Source: Actinobacteria bacterium UBA7524
Lineage (GTDB): Bacteria; Actinomycetota; Coriobacteriia; Anaerosomatales; UBA912
Assembly (NCBI GenBank): GCA_002478275.1
Contig: DLMY01000003.1
Location: 25,756-89,755 of the forward strand
Direction: 5' to 3'
Length of the DNA stretch: 64,000 nucleotides
Below, piece by piece: positions 8,283 through 16,566 of the stretch (positions are counted from its first letter, which is position 1; every line of letters begins with the position of its first letter). Under the pieces are notes generated by a model. That model ran no database searches, was not told where the DNA came from, and worked only from the letters and a program-made list of their open reading frames with translations. Both the position numbers and the translations under genes were made by a program.

Positions 8283-10310
8283 TCACAGTCCGAGGAGCCG
8301 TGCGGCAAGACCTCCTGCGAGTAGCGCCACTCCCACCGTGATCGAGATGACCACTCCGGTCCGCTTCCACCCCAAGACCCGCCCCAAGACCGCCACCGTC
8401 GAGATACAAGGCATCGCGAGTGTGTTGACCAGGGCGTAGACGAATATCTGTCCGGACGACATGAGGTCCGAGAGCTCCGCTCCATGCCTCGCCGTCGTCG
8501 CGATCGCGAGCGTCACGAGCAGCTGAAGGGCGAACTCCTTGCGTAACAGACCGAACAGCAGCGTCAGGCCAGCGAAAGCCGGTAACCCGAGCCAGCCCAC
8601 CACGACCGGCGAGAGGGGTTCCGAAAGACTCACGAGCCAGCCGGTCTCATACAAGGCACCCAGCGCCATGCTTCCCACGACCACGAGCGGGGTGGCGACG
8701 ACAAGGAACTCCTTGAACTGCGCCCATGCCTTCTTGGCGACCACACGCAAGTCCGGCCTGCGGAACGGGAACATCTCCATAACCATCCCGGTCCCGCCCC
8801 CGGGCAGAAACCGGTTCAGCACCAGACCCACACCCACCGTGACCAGGAACGCCACCGCATAGACACCCATGGCGGGCAGCCACCCCACATACGCACCCAC
8901 CGCCCCCAGGACGACAGCCGTGCGTGCGCTGCATGGCACCATCGAAACCAGGGTCGCCGCGACGAACCGTTCTCGCTCCGTCGGGAGTATTCGTACGCCG
9001 AGGACCGCCGGGACGCTACAGCCGGCTCCCGCGACGAGCGGGATCACCGCCCTGCCGTGCAGGCCGAAACGGTGCATGAAGCGATCGGTGAGGAACGCGA
9101 CGGCGTTGAGATAGCCACTGTCCTCGACGATGGCAAGCAAGAAGTAGAACGTCAGTATGTATGGCAGCCCGATTCCCAGGGCCGCTTCCAGTCCGGCGTC
9201 AAAACCCCAAAGCAGGCTTTCGGCCAGATGTCCCTCTCCCACCGTCCCACGCACGGCCTGCTGGATGATGGGTGAGACGAACGCAGACCACAGCGATTCG
9301 AAGAGCGTGGCCAGAGTCCCACCCACAAAGAACAGAAAACCGAAGACGGACAACAGGAGCAGCGCCAGCAGTGGCAGTCCGGTGGATGCGCGCGTCGAGA
9401 GTCTCAGGAGGGTATCGACCACGCGGGAGCGGGCCGGATCGCTGCTTCGTGTACATCTGTCGGCGATGACTCCTGCGGCACCGTGCCGCTCCCTGCTGAG
9501 CGCGATGTCCGGGGGTTCTCCAGCTACAGCCGCTATCGCTCGCCGGGCCTCCTCGGCAACACGCGTGAAACCCGGACCTCCTGCTTGCTGCAATCTCCTC
9601 TCTATGCCTTTGCGACCCTCAACCAGCTGCAGAGCCACGCTGCGCGGCGACAGTTGCGCTGGAGCGATAGCCATCGCCGCCACCGCGTCAACGAGCGGCC
9701 GGAGTGCGCCTTCGAAGACTTCGCCGTAACGGTGCCGCGGCACGGGAGAGGCAGATTCCGGGTCAAGGGAGAATGCCGCGTCCATCACGTCGCTCACTCC
9801 GACACCGCCGAGAGCGACGGTCTCAAACACGGGGGCGCCCAGCAGTGCCGCAAGCAGGTCCGTGTCCACTTCGATGCCTGACCGGCGGGCCTCGTCCGCG
9901 AGGTTCACCGCGAAGACCACCGGCATTCCCAGATCGAGGACCTGGAGACCGAGGACCAGATTGCGAGTGAGATTCGTAGCATCCAGCACGACGATCGTCG
10001 CATCTGGGCGCAGGTCCAGAAGTATGCGCCGCGCGACCCAGGGTTCCTCGGCGGAACCGGCAAGGCCGTAGACTCCGGGGGCGTCGACTATCGCGACACG
10101 CTCGTCGCCGTGTGATACCCATCCCACATTCACGTCAGCGGTCTTTCCCGGATAGTGAGCGGTGAACACATCCCGCCCGGTCACGTGGTTGAAGAAGGTC
10201 GACTTACCGACGTTCGGATTGCCGATGAGCGCGATGACGCGCTTAGGGCGTCCCGTCTTGAACAGGCCTTCGACGAAGCCTTCTCTATCGAGTCGCGCGA
10301 AGTGGAGCAT
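8283..10310 (-). CDS. feoB: Ferrous iron transport protein B
   Basis: N-terminal G-domain (IALIGNPNVGKSTFFN..DAPGVYGL) followed by a polytopic membrane domain; 675 aa. It starts 6 nt after the stop of the DtxR-family gene with no separate RBS. Confidence 0.92.
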   Translation of the reverse strand: MLHFARLDREGFVEGLFKTGRPKRVIALIGNPNVGKSTFFNHVTGRDVFTAHYPGKTADVNVGWVSHGDERVAIVDAPGVYGLAGSAEEPWVARRILLDLRPDATIVVLDATNLTRNLVLGLQVLDLGMPVVFAVNLADEARRSGIEVDTDLLAALLGAPVFETVALGGVGVSDVMDAAFSLDPESASPVPRHRYGEVFEGALRPLVDAVAAMAIAPAQLSPRSVALQLVEGRKGIERRLQQAGGPGFTRVAEEARRAIAAVAGEPPDIALSRERHGAAGVIADRCTRSSDPARSRVVDTLLRLSTRASTGLPLLALLLLSVFGFLFFVGGTLATLFESLWSAFVSPIIQQAVRGTVGEGHLAESLLWGFDAGLEAALGIGLPYILTFYFLLAIVEDSGYLNAVAFLTDRFMHRFGLHGRAVIPLVAGAGCSVPAVLGVRILPTERERFVAATLVSMVPCSARTAVVLGAVGAYVGWLPAMGVYAVAFLVTVGVGLVLNRFLPGGGTGMVMEMFPFRRPDLRVVAKKAWAQFKEFLVVATPLVVVGSMALGALYETGWLVSLSEPLSPVVVGWLGLPAFAGLTLLFGLLRKEFALQLLVTLAIATTARHGAELSDLMSSGQIFVYALVNTLAMPCISTVAVLGRVLGWKRTGVVISITVGVALLAGGLAARLLGL

Positions 10311-10316
10311 GGGGAC

Positions 10317-10976
10317 CTAGGTCTCCTGCGATCCCTCGACAACGAGGATGCGGTCGGCCACCTCACGCCCGATGGCATATGTGGCACCGTCCACCTCGAC
10401 CATCAAAGGACCCTTGAACGGGGCGACCTCGCAGATCTTCACCCTGGTGCCTGGGAACATCCCCATGGATCCCAGGTACGCCAGCATCCCCTCATCATCT
10501 TCGGAGACCTGCACGATCCGTACCTGCCGGCCTGCAGCGAAGTCACACATCGGAGCGCCTTCGACCTTCGTGACGACACCGTCCGCTGAAGGGATCGGGT
10601 GGCCGTGCGGGCAGACCTCGGGATTCTCGAGGAACTGCTCGAGCGCCTCGAGCACCCGCGGGGAGAGGCCGTGCTCGAGGCGGCACGCATCTTCGTGCGC
10701 CTCGTCCCACGACAGACCCAACACGTCCACAAGGAAGCGCTCGGAGATACGATGACGTCTGACGATGTCGATCGCCTCGGCCATTCCCTCCGGAGTCAGG
10801 ACGACGGCGCTCTTCTCGCGGGCGACGTAACCGTCAGCCTCCAGCCGCTTGAGGGTGGCCGTTACCGTCGGCCCCGAGACGCCCATCGCCTCGGCGATCG
10901 GCGTCGGACGCACGGGACCCTTCTCGGAGAGCTTGTATATGGTCTCGAGGTACTCTTCGATGGTCGCAGTGGGCAC
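10317..10976 (-). CDS. DtxR/IdeR/MntR-family metal-dependent transcriptional regulator with a C-terminal SH3-like (FeoA-type) domain
   Basis: IEEYLETIYKLSEKGPVRPTPIAEAMGVSGPTVTATLKRLEADGYV..RRHRISERFL..CRLEH..CPHGHPIP. The C-terminal part is ..VRIVQVSEDDEGMLAYLGSMGMFPGTRVKICEVAPF. GTG start at 10976 preceded by AGGAG. Confidence 0.9.
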   Translation of the reverse strand: MPTATIEEYLETIYKLSEKGPVRPTPIAEAMGVSGPTVTATLKRLEADGYVAREKSAVVLTPEGMAEAIDIVRRHRISERFLVDVLGLSWDEAHEDACRLEHGLSPRVLEALEQFLENPEVCPHGHPIPSADGVVTKVEGAPMCDFAAGRQVRIVQVSEDDEGMLAYLGSMGMFPGTRVKICEVAPFKGPLMVEVDGATYAIGREVADRILVVEGSQET

Positions 10977-11060
10977 GGGTCACGCTCCTGTCACGAGTGG
11001 AACGGGCCGAAACACCCGCCTGCGGCAGAAGGGCGACAGGGTCGGGTGTCGACTCTCAAC

Positions 11061-11097
11061 TTAGCTCATTCTAACGCCTTCTGCGACCTTGTGCGAA
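11061..11097 (-). promoter_or_regulatory. Candidate promoter of the DtxR-feoB operon, with an AT-rich palindrome (possible DtxR-family operator) over the -10 box
   Basis: Minus strand reads TTCGCA (11097-11092), an 18-nt spacer, then TAGAAT (11073-11068). TTAGAATGAGCTAA (11074-11061) has palindromic TTAG/CTAA ends, and the extended site matches about 12 of 19 positions of the IdeR/DtxR box TTAGGTTAGGCTAACCTAA by my count. Confidence 0.3.
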
Positions 11098-11215
11098 GCA
11101 CGATCGCTGCTGAGAAGGCATCCCTGGACGACAATCCGTCCGCCTGCCCTGGGATACCGTCCATCGCGTCCTTACAGCCGCTAGTCGCGGAGTTTGGAAT
11201 TCTTCCGAAAAGGTG

Positions 11216-11244
11216 TTGACCCGCGTATCTAGTAGCTGTAGTGT
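11216..11244 (+). promoter_or_regulatory. Predicted sigma-70-type promoter for the candidate sRNA
   Basis: TTGACC (11216-11221), a 17-nt spacer, then TAGTGT (11239-11244). The first helix of the candidate RNA begins 8 nt downstream. Confidence 0.4.
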
Positions 11245-11249
11245 GAGCT

Positions 11250-11420
11250 GTGCCCCAAGAAGTCGGGTTCGGAGAGTCAGGAAGAGCAGCGTACCAGTAG
11301 CTGCCGGCAGGGGGCCGAGAGAGCGGACACAGCGTGAGTTGGTTCGCAGGAACGGTCGCCTAAAGGTAAGAAATGGGAAGCTGGCCAGTAGCGACTCCGA
11401 GGACGAGGTTTCTTGGGGCA
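11250..11420 (+). ncRNA. Candidate structured small RNA (about 170 nt, family not identified, 3' end undefined)
   Basis: GCCCCAAGAA (11252-11261) pairs perfectly with TTCTTGGGGC (11410-11419) and extends by G-U, U-G and C-G pairs. A second long-range helix forms between TCGGAG (11269-11274) and CTCCGA (11395-11400). There is a local hairpin GCAGC-N9-GCTGC (11286-11304). The strand is purine-rich, has no credible ORF, and no + strand gene lies downstream. Confidence 0.35.
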
Positions 11421-11461
11421 TCTGCTTGCCCTGATTCCGTCGGAGACCCGGCAGGGGGCGT

Positions 11462-11827
11462 TCAGGGGCGGTATGCGATCCGGGCTACCGGCGACTCCCA
11501 CACCGCGACCTCCACCACGTGCACCTGCTCCCCCACCTTGCCGGTGAGTGCCTCGAAGACGACTCTGGCGAGATTCTCCGCCGTCGGGTTGACCCGGTCG
11601 AAGGGTTCGACGTCGTTGAGGTAGGCATGGTCGAACGGTTCGAGCACCGAGGCCAGATCGGCCTTGAGCTCCTTGAAGTCGTACACGATACCCACGTCAT
11701 CGAGCGCATCACCGGCGACCGTGACTTCAACGTCCCATGTGTGGCCGTGAAGCTCGCAGCATTCTCCCGGGTACCCATGAAGCGCATGGGCCGCATCGAA
11801 GTGTCCCTTTACCGTGAGTTCGTACAA
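11462..11827 (-). CDS. queD: 6-carboxy-5,6,7,8-tetrahydropterin synthase
   Basis: MYELTVKGHFDAAHALHGYPGECCELHGHTWDVEVTV..VYDFKELK.. This is the typical QueD/PTPS-III motif set with its Cys and His zinc ligands. Confidence 0.9.
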   Translation of the reverse strand: MYELTVKGHFDAAHALHGYPGECCELHGHTWDVEVTVAGDALDDVGIVYDFKELKADLASVLEPFDHAYLNDVEPFDRVNPTAENLARVVFEALTGKVGEQVHVVEVAVWESPVARIAYRP

Positions 11828-11838
11828 AGCCGCCTCCT

Positions 11839-12297
11839 TCAGAACAGCTGACCTTGCCGTGCACCCGACCCTGGCTCAGGGGCGTCACCGACAAGGCAAC
11901 ACGCATCCATAGCGGCGTTCGCCATCGCGTCCGCGGCCGCGTTCTCTTCGCGGCGCACATGCGAGAAGGAGACCGACTCGAAGCGGCGAGCAAGCTCGAG
12001 CGCACGAAGGTAAAGCGGCTTGAGGCCGGCGTTCTTGACCTTGTACTGCCCCTTGAGCTGGCGTACCACGAGTTCGCTGTCGGAATACACGGCGAGTCGC
12101 CGGACGCCCATGTCCGCTGCGACCTCCATACCCCACAGGAGCGCCTCGTACTCGGCGACGTTGTTGGTCGTCTCGCCGAGATAGCGGCCTCCGGCGGTCA
12201 GAACCGAACCCGTCTCGTCCTCCAAGACGAACCCCGCCCCTGCTGGTCCGGGATTTCCGCGCGCTCCCCCGTCAGTGCGCAAGACGCCACTGTTCAC
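11839..12297 (-). CDS. Ribonuclease HI-type protein, stand-alone (homologous to the N-terminal domain of Rv2228c)
   Basis: VNSGVLRTDGGARGNPGPAGAGFVL..GETTNNVAEYEALLWGMEVA..LAVYSDSELVVRQL.. Start re-set to the GTG at 12297, just after the upstream stop and GAGGAG. The longer track ORF overlaps the preceding gene. Confidence 0.8.
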   Translation of the reverse strand: MNSGVLRTDGGARGNPGPAGAGFVLEDETGSVLTAGGRYLGETTNNVAEYEALLWGMEVAADMGVRRLAVYSDSELVVRQLKGQYKVKNAGLKPLYLRALELARRFESVSFSHVRREENAAADAMANAAMDACCLVGDAPEPGSGARQGQLF

Positions 12298-12301
12298 AAC
12301 G

Positions 12302-13027
12302 TCACTCCTCGGGAAAAGCGATGACGAGCATCCGCCGGCAATTGGGGCACGTCGCGATGGGTCCGCCGGTCTCGAGTTCCTTGACGCGTTCGGCCGGCAG
12401 TTCGATCCGGCACGCTGTGCACCGGGCGCCGTCCAGCTTGCCCACACCCATCCCCTGCTTCGCCTCACGCAGGGTCTCGTAGCGGGACAACAGTTCGGGG
12501 GGCAGGCTTCCGGCAAGGCGCGTGCGTCGCACGGTCATCTGCTCGATCTCGGACTGGAGCTGTCCGCCCTTGTCCTTGAACTCGGCGATGAACTGCTCTT
12601 CTTTGGCCTTGAGCTGCTCGAGGGCCTGCTCGACCTTCGCCACCTGCCCCTTGGCCTTGTCGACACGTTCGAGCTGAGCGACTTCGTCGATCTCGAGCTT
12701 GTCGCGGCGACGCTTGAGCGCATCCATCTCACGGGTGATGTGCTGCAGCTCCTTGGGATTGGTGATCTCACCGGACATGATCTTCTGCTGTTCGGACGTG
12801 ATCTTGTCGGTGATCGAGGCGCTCTCGTCCTCGGACTTCGCGACCTCGCGCTCCAACCTGGAAACGAGCTCCAGGGCCTTAGCGTGAAGTGCGCCGACCT
12901 CCCGCTGCTTCTTGCGAGCTTCGAGGATCGCTCGCTTCTCCGGCATCTCGTCGAGGCGCTTCTGTGCGCGGGTGATGGCCAGATCCACTTCTTGCAGTTC
13001 GAGCAACGAGGTGCCCGTATCCATCAT
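12302..13027 (-). CDS. Coiled-coil protein with a C-terminal C4 zinc ribbon (COG1579/DUF164 family, Rv2229c-like)
   Basis: Long heptad-rich sequence ending in ..GARCTACRIELPAERVKELETGGPIATCPNCRRMLV. It keeps the conserved position between Nif3 and RNase HI. Confidence 0.8.
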   Translation of the reverse strand: MMDTGTSLLELQEVDLAITRAQKRLDEMPEKRAILEARKKQREVGALHAKALELVSRLEREVAKSEDESASITDKITSEQQKIMSGEITNPKELQHITREMDALKRRRDKLEIDEVAQLERVDKAKGQVAKVEQALEQLKAKEEQFIAEFKDKGGQLQSEIEQMTVRRTRLAGSLPPELLSRYETLREAKQGMGVGKLDGARCTACRIELPAERVKELETGGPIATCPNCRRMLVIAFPEE

Positions 13028-13040
13028 CCGCTCCTTGTTG

Positions 13041-14165
13041 TCAGGGTGTCCACCAGCGCCGTGCGGGTTCGTCCACGACCACCCGGGCAGGATCGATACC
13101 TGCGGTGGTGCGGACCGCGTCGGCCAGCACAGGCACGAGCGGCCACTCGGTCATATCGTGTCCGGCTTCGATGATGGCGAGCCCCGCCGTCATCGCATCC
13201 AGAGCGTCATGATAGCGCACCTCGCCCGTGACGAGGACATCGGCTTTCACACGAAGTGCATCGGCGATCAGAGAGCCACCCGACCCGGTAGCCGTGGCGA
13301 CGCGCGAGATCGTCCTCTCGGGTGTGCCCCACACCCTGGGCACGCAGCCAAGACGTGTACCGACGGAGCCGGCGAGATGCGCGAGCGTCACCGGGTCGAT
13401 ACCGGTCACGCGGCCCATCCGCGCTGCCCCCCGTGCGATGTGCCCTGGTGTCACGACGACCAACGGCTCCTCATACGGGTGTGCGGCAGCGGCCCTCGCC
13501 ACCACGGCGGCCGCCGCCGCAGGATCGCAGACCATCTCGAGCCGCGACTCGGATGTATGCGAGTGCTCGCCCGGCATGCCCTGATACGGCTCACCGTCCT
13601 GCGGCACACGGTAGCTACCTACCCCCGCCGAGGAGAACGCAGACTCCCGGTACTCTCCTATACGCCCTGCTCCGGCAGCCGACATCGCCGAAGCGATGTC
13701 GGCTTCGCTCTCCGCGGGGCCGTACACGGTTATGTGGGAGACCGGCTGTAGCGACGACTCGAGCGGCTCGCCATCCGGTAGGCCGAGCGCCTCGGGCAAC
13801 GAATCCGCACCCCGTGGCGCGCGATCGAGATTCGTGTGTGCGCACAGGAGACTGACCTGGCTATGGAGGGCCGCGAAGAGCGCCCCTCCTCCCTTCGGGG
13901 ACCCGGGAAGTGGCCGTTCGGGTGCTTCCAGAAACGCGGGGTGGTGGGTGAGCAGAACGTTTGCTCCCACATCCACGGCACGGGAGACCGACTCGACCGT
14001 GGGGTCCAGGGTCACCAGGACCCCACGGACCTCTGCTGCCGGGTCGCCCGCCAGAAGGCCCACGCGGTCCCACGGCTCCGCCCACTGTGCCGGGAACGCC
14101 TCTTCCAGCACATCCCGAAGGTCCGCGACCGTGACTCTCATCGATGCAACGCTATCTGACGCCAC
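13041..14165 (-). CDS. Nif3-like dinuclear metal centre protein (GTP cyclohydrolase 1 type 2 homologue)
   Basis: ..WDRVGLLAGDP..VLVTLDPT..ANVLLTHHP..GEVRYHDALDA..GLAIIEAGHDMTE. An alternative ATG at 14141 would give a 4-nt overlap with the upstream gene's stop. Confidence 0.85.
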   Translation of the reverse strand: MASDSVASMRVTVADLRDVLEEAFPAQWAEPWDRVGLLAGDPAAEVRGVLVTLDPTVESVSRAVDVGANVLLTHHPAFLEAPERPLPGSPKGGGALFAALHSQVSLLCAHTNLDRAPRGADSLPEALGLPDGEPLESSLQPVSHITVYGPAESEADIASAMSAAGAGRIGEYRESAFSSAGVGSYRVPQDGEPYQGMPGEHSHTSESRLEMVCDPAAAAAVVARAAAAHPYEEPLVVVTPGHIARGAARMGRVTGIDPVTLAHLAGSVGTRLGCVPRVWGTPERTISRVATATGSGGSLIADALRVKADVLVTGEVRYHDALDAMTAGLAIIEAGHDMTEWPLVPVLADAVRTTAGIDPARVVVDEPARRWWTP

Positions 14166-14959
14166 TGGCGACCTCCCGTCGGGAACACGGCTTGTTCATA
14201 CCCCGCCGCGCGCAACTCAGCATACGCATCTTCGATTCTGTAGCCGACCTCCTCGGGCGCATGGGCGTCTGAACCCACGGTCACCGGGACTCCGGCTGTG
14301 GCGAATGCCCGCAACAGTGCCGGGGCGGGATAGAGTTCTGCGACGGGCTTGCGCCATCCTGCAGTACTCGCCTCCACCGCGACCCCTCCGTGCGCAGCTG
14401 CCTTGGCAGCCTGTCGATAAAGGTCTGAGACGTCTCCGGAGGGACGATGACCGAACTTCTTGGGAAGGTCGGGGTGGGCCATCACGTCGAAGAGCCCGCT
14501 CGTTGCCGCAGCGCACCACTGCTCGAAGTAGCGCTCGTAGACCTCGTCCACGTCAACGCGCTCCCAGGTGGCCAGCTCGTCGGGATCATCGAATGCCCAG
14601 GTGTCGATGAAGTGCACAGAGCCGAGGAACACCGTGATGCCCGCAGCCCTGGCCTCACTCCGCATCTCCTCGCAATGATCCTCGTGATCCGGGAGCCAGT
14701 CCGCCTCGGCCCCAGCGATGATCTCGAGGTCAGGATTGGCGGCTGCCAGCGACAGGATCTCCTCGGCATATCGGGGTATCTGTCCGCCGGCGAGCGAGAG
14801 CCTGTGGTCCGGATCGAGGATCGAGGGTAAGGGCAGATGTTCGGTGAAGACCAGGGACGTGATCCCGGCCTTGCGGGCCGCATCGACGTACTGCGCGGCG
14901 CAGCCGGTCGCGTGGCCGCAGCGTTCGGTGTGGATATGGCAGTCGATCAGCTCGAACAC
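14138..14959 (-). CDS. PHP-family histidinol-phosphatase (HisJ/HisK type)
   Basis: FELIDCHIHTERCGHATG..LVFTEHLP...GSVHFID..MAHPDL..GSDAHAPEEVG. Confidence 0.75.
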   Translation of the reverse strand: MFELIDCHIHTERCGHATGCAAQYVDAARKAGITSLVFTEHLPLPSILDPDHRLSLAGGQIPRYAEEILSLAAANPDLEIIAGAEADWLPDHEDHCEEMRSEARAAGITVFLGSVHFIDTWAFDDPDELATWERVDVDEVYERYFEQWCAAATSGLFDVMAHPDLPKKFGHRPSGDVSDLYRQAAKAAAHGGVAVEASTAGWRKPVAELYPAPALLRAFATAGVPVTVGSDAHAPEEVGYRIEDAYAELRAAGYEQAVFPTGGRQWRQIALHR

Positions 14960-16032
14960 TCGATCACTCCTCCGCCGACGACACGGTCAGAGACATAGCA
15001 TACGACAGCCTGACCGGGCGCGACGGAGTCGATCGGATCGTCCAGTGCGACCGTGAGGCGGCCGGAGTCGTGGCGGGCCGTGGCGGGAACGGGGCGCATG
15101 CGGTAACGGGTCTGCACGGTGACCCGAACGCCGGTGGCTGAACCTGCGGCGAGTCCGGGTCCTCCGGCGGCGTCACCGAGGCGCCAGACCGCGTCACCGG
15201 CCTCAAGAGCCGCGGCCTGGAGCGCGTCGCGGGGTCCCACGATCACGCTGTTCCGTGACGCGTCGATTCCCACGACGTAGAGCGGCTCGGCTGATGCGAT
15301 CCCCAGTCCCTTGCGTTGTCCGACCGTGTAGCGGGCGATGCCGCGATGAGTGCCTATGACCGTGCCGGCGACATCGATGATCGGTCCGCTCTTGATCGCA
15401 TCGGGATAACGGTCTCCGACGAATCGGGGCAGTTGACCCGGGCCAAGGAAGCACACCTCTTGCGAATCGGCCCGCTCAGCCGTGGGAAGGCCCAGGGCCG
15501 CAGCCTTCTCGCGCACTTCACTCTTGTGGAGCTCCCCGACAGGAAAGAGGACTGCGTCGAGCGCAGGCGGCACGAGTCGATACAGGAAGTACGACTGGTC
15601 CTTCTCGGCATCCGTTCCTCGCGCAAGCCAGCGCATCCCCTCTGAGTCGCTGACGACACGCGCATAGTGTCCGGTCGCCAGGACTTCGGCTCCAAATGTA
15701 CGGACCCGGCCGAGAAGGCCGGAGAACTTCATTCGATCGTTGCAGGCGATACACGGGTTCGGGGTACGACCTCGTGCATACTCGGCAGCGAACGGTTCCA
15801 CCACGCGAGCTGAGAATCCTTCACGCATGTTGAGGATGAAGTGCGGGATGCCGAGCGTATCGCACACACGGCGCGCAGAACGTGCCGTGTCCTCGCCACA
15901 ACACTCACCAGGTGCATCGCCCTCCGGAAGAAGCTGCATCGTCACACCTGTGACGTCGTGGCCAGCCTCTACGAGCAGAGCGGCGGCGACAGAGGAGTCG
16001 ACTCCCCCGCTCATCGCCACAAACACGCGCAT
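14947..16032 (-). CDS. mnmA: tRNA-specific 2-thiouridylase
   Basis: MRVFVAMSGGVDSSVAAALL..GHDVTGVTMQL...NPCIACN..FG..ATGHYAR. The track start (GTG 16056) overlaps iscU, so I chose the ATG at 16032. Confidence 0.88.
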   Translation of the reverse strand: MRVFVAMSGGVDSSVAAALLVEAGHDVTGVTMQLLPEGDAPGECCGEDTARSARRVCDTLGIPHFILNMREGFSARVVEPFAAEYARGRTPNPCIACNDRMKFSGLLGRVRTFGAEVLATGHYARVVSDSEGMRWLARGTDAEKDQSYFLYRLVPPALDAVLFPVGELHKSEVREKAAALGLPTAERADSQEVCFLGPGQLPRFVGDRYPDAIKSGPIIDVAGTVIGTHRGIARYTVGQRKGLGIASAEPLYVVGIDASRNSVIVGPRDALQAAALEAGDAVWRLGDAAGGPGLAAGSATGVRVTVQTRYRMRPVPATARHDSGRLTVALDDPIDSVAPGQAVVCYVSDRVVGGGVIECSS

Positions 16033-16037
16033 GTGCG

Positions 16038-16499
16038 CTATCCGGGGATCTCGCACGCGTCGTCTTCTGCGACAGCGTGCGGGTCGAAATGCGGGTCGTC
16101 GTGTGCGAGTCCGCCGGAGATAGGCTCGCGTCCGTCGTGGACCAAGTAGTCGTCGACCGCTGCCTTCAGGCCGTCGGTCGCCAACACGCTGCAGTGCATT
16201 TTCGCTGGCGGCAGGCCACCGAGTTCCTCGGCGACCTGGATCTTGGTGATGGAGACGGCCTCATCGAGCGTCATCCCGCGGGCCATCTCGGTCACAATCG
16301 ACGAAGTGGCGATGGCCGCGCCGCATCCCAGCGTCTGGAACGCGATGTCGGCGATCACGTCGTCTTGGACCTTGATGGTGATCTTCATCATGTCGCCGCA
16401 CACGGGGTTTCCGACCTCTCCAACGCCGTCGGCATCCTGCAGTACCCCGACGTTGCGCGGGTTATGGAAGTGGTCCATGACCTTGTCACTGTATTGCAC
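16038..16499 (-). CDS. iscU: Fe-S cluster assembly scaffold (IscU/NifU N-terminal type)
   Basis: VQYSDKVMDHFHNPRNVG..GEVGNPVCGDMMKITIKV..FQTLGCGAAIATSS..PPAKMHCSVLA. GTG at 16499, 5 nt after AAGGAGG. Confidence 0.9.
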   Translation of the reverse strand: MQYSDKVMDHFHNPRNVGVLQDADGVGEVGNPVCGDMMKITIKVQDDVIADIAFQTLGCGAAIATSSIVTEMARGMTLDEAVSITKIQVAEELGGLPPAKMHCSVLATDGLKAAVDDYLVHDGREPISGGLAHDDPHFDPHAVAEDDACEIPG

Positions 16500-16566
16500 G
16501 CGTACCTCCTTGAATCTCTCCAACGCCCGTCGGACACACACGGGATCCCAGACGCGCGAGGACGGA

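Noticed and set aside
11250-11460. Possible assignment of the candidate RNA to a known family: RNase P 5' end, ykkC/guanidine-I, SRP/4.5S or cobalamin riboswitch
   Set aside because: There are local look-alikes:
- GAAGCTGGCCAGTAGCGAC versus the RNase P 5' end
- GTCGGGTTCGG and GGGCCGAGAG...ACACAG versus ykkC blocks
- GTCAGG..AGCAGC versus SRP helix 8
- GTCGGAGACCCGGCA versus the B12 box

In each case the rest of the required core is missing. There is no GGAAAGTCCGG, no ykkC P1 pairing, no GNRA-capped helix 8, and no GGTGAAATTCC-type element. There is also no downstream + strand gene for a riboswitch. I left it unclassified.
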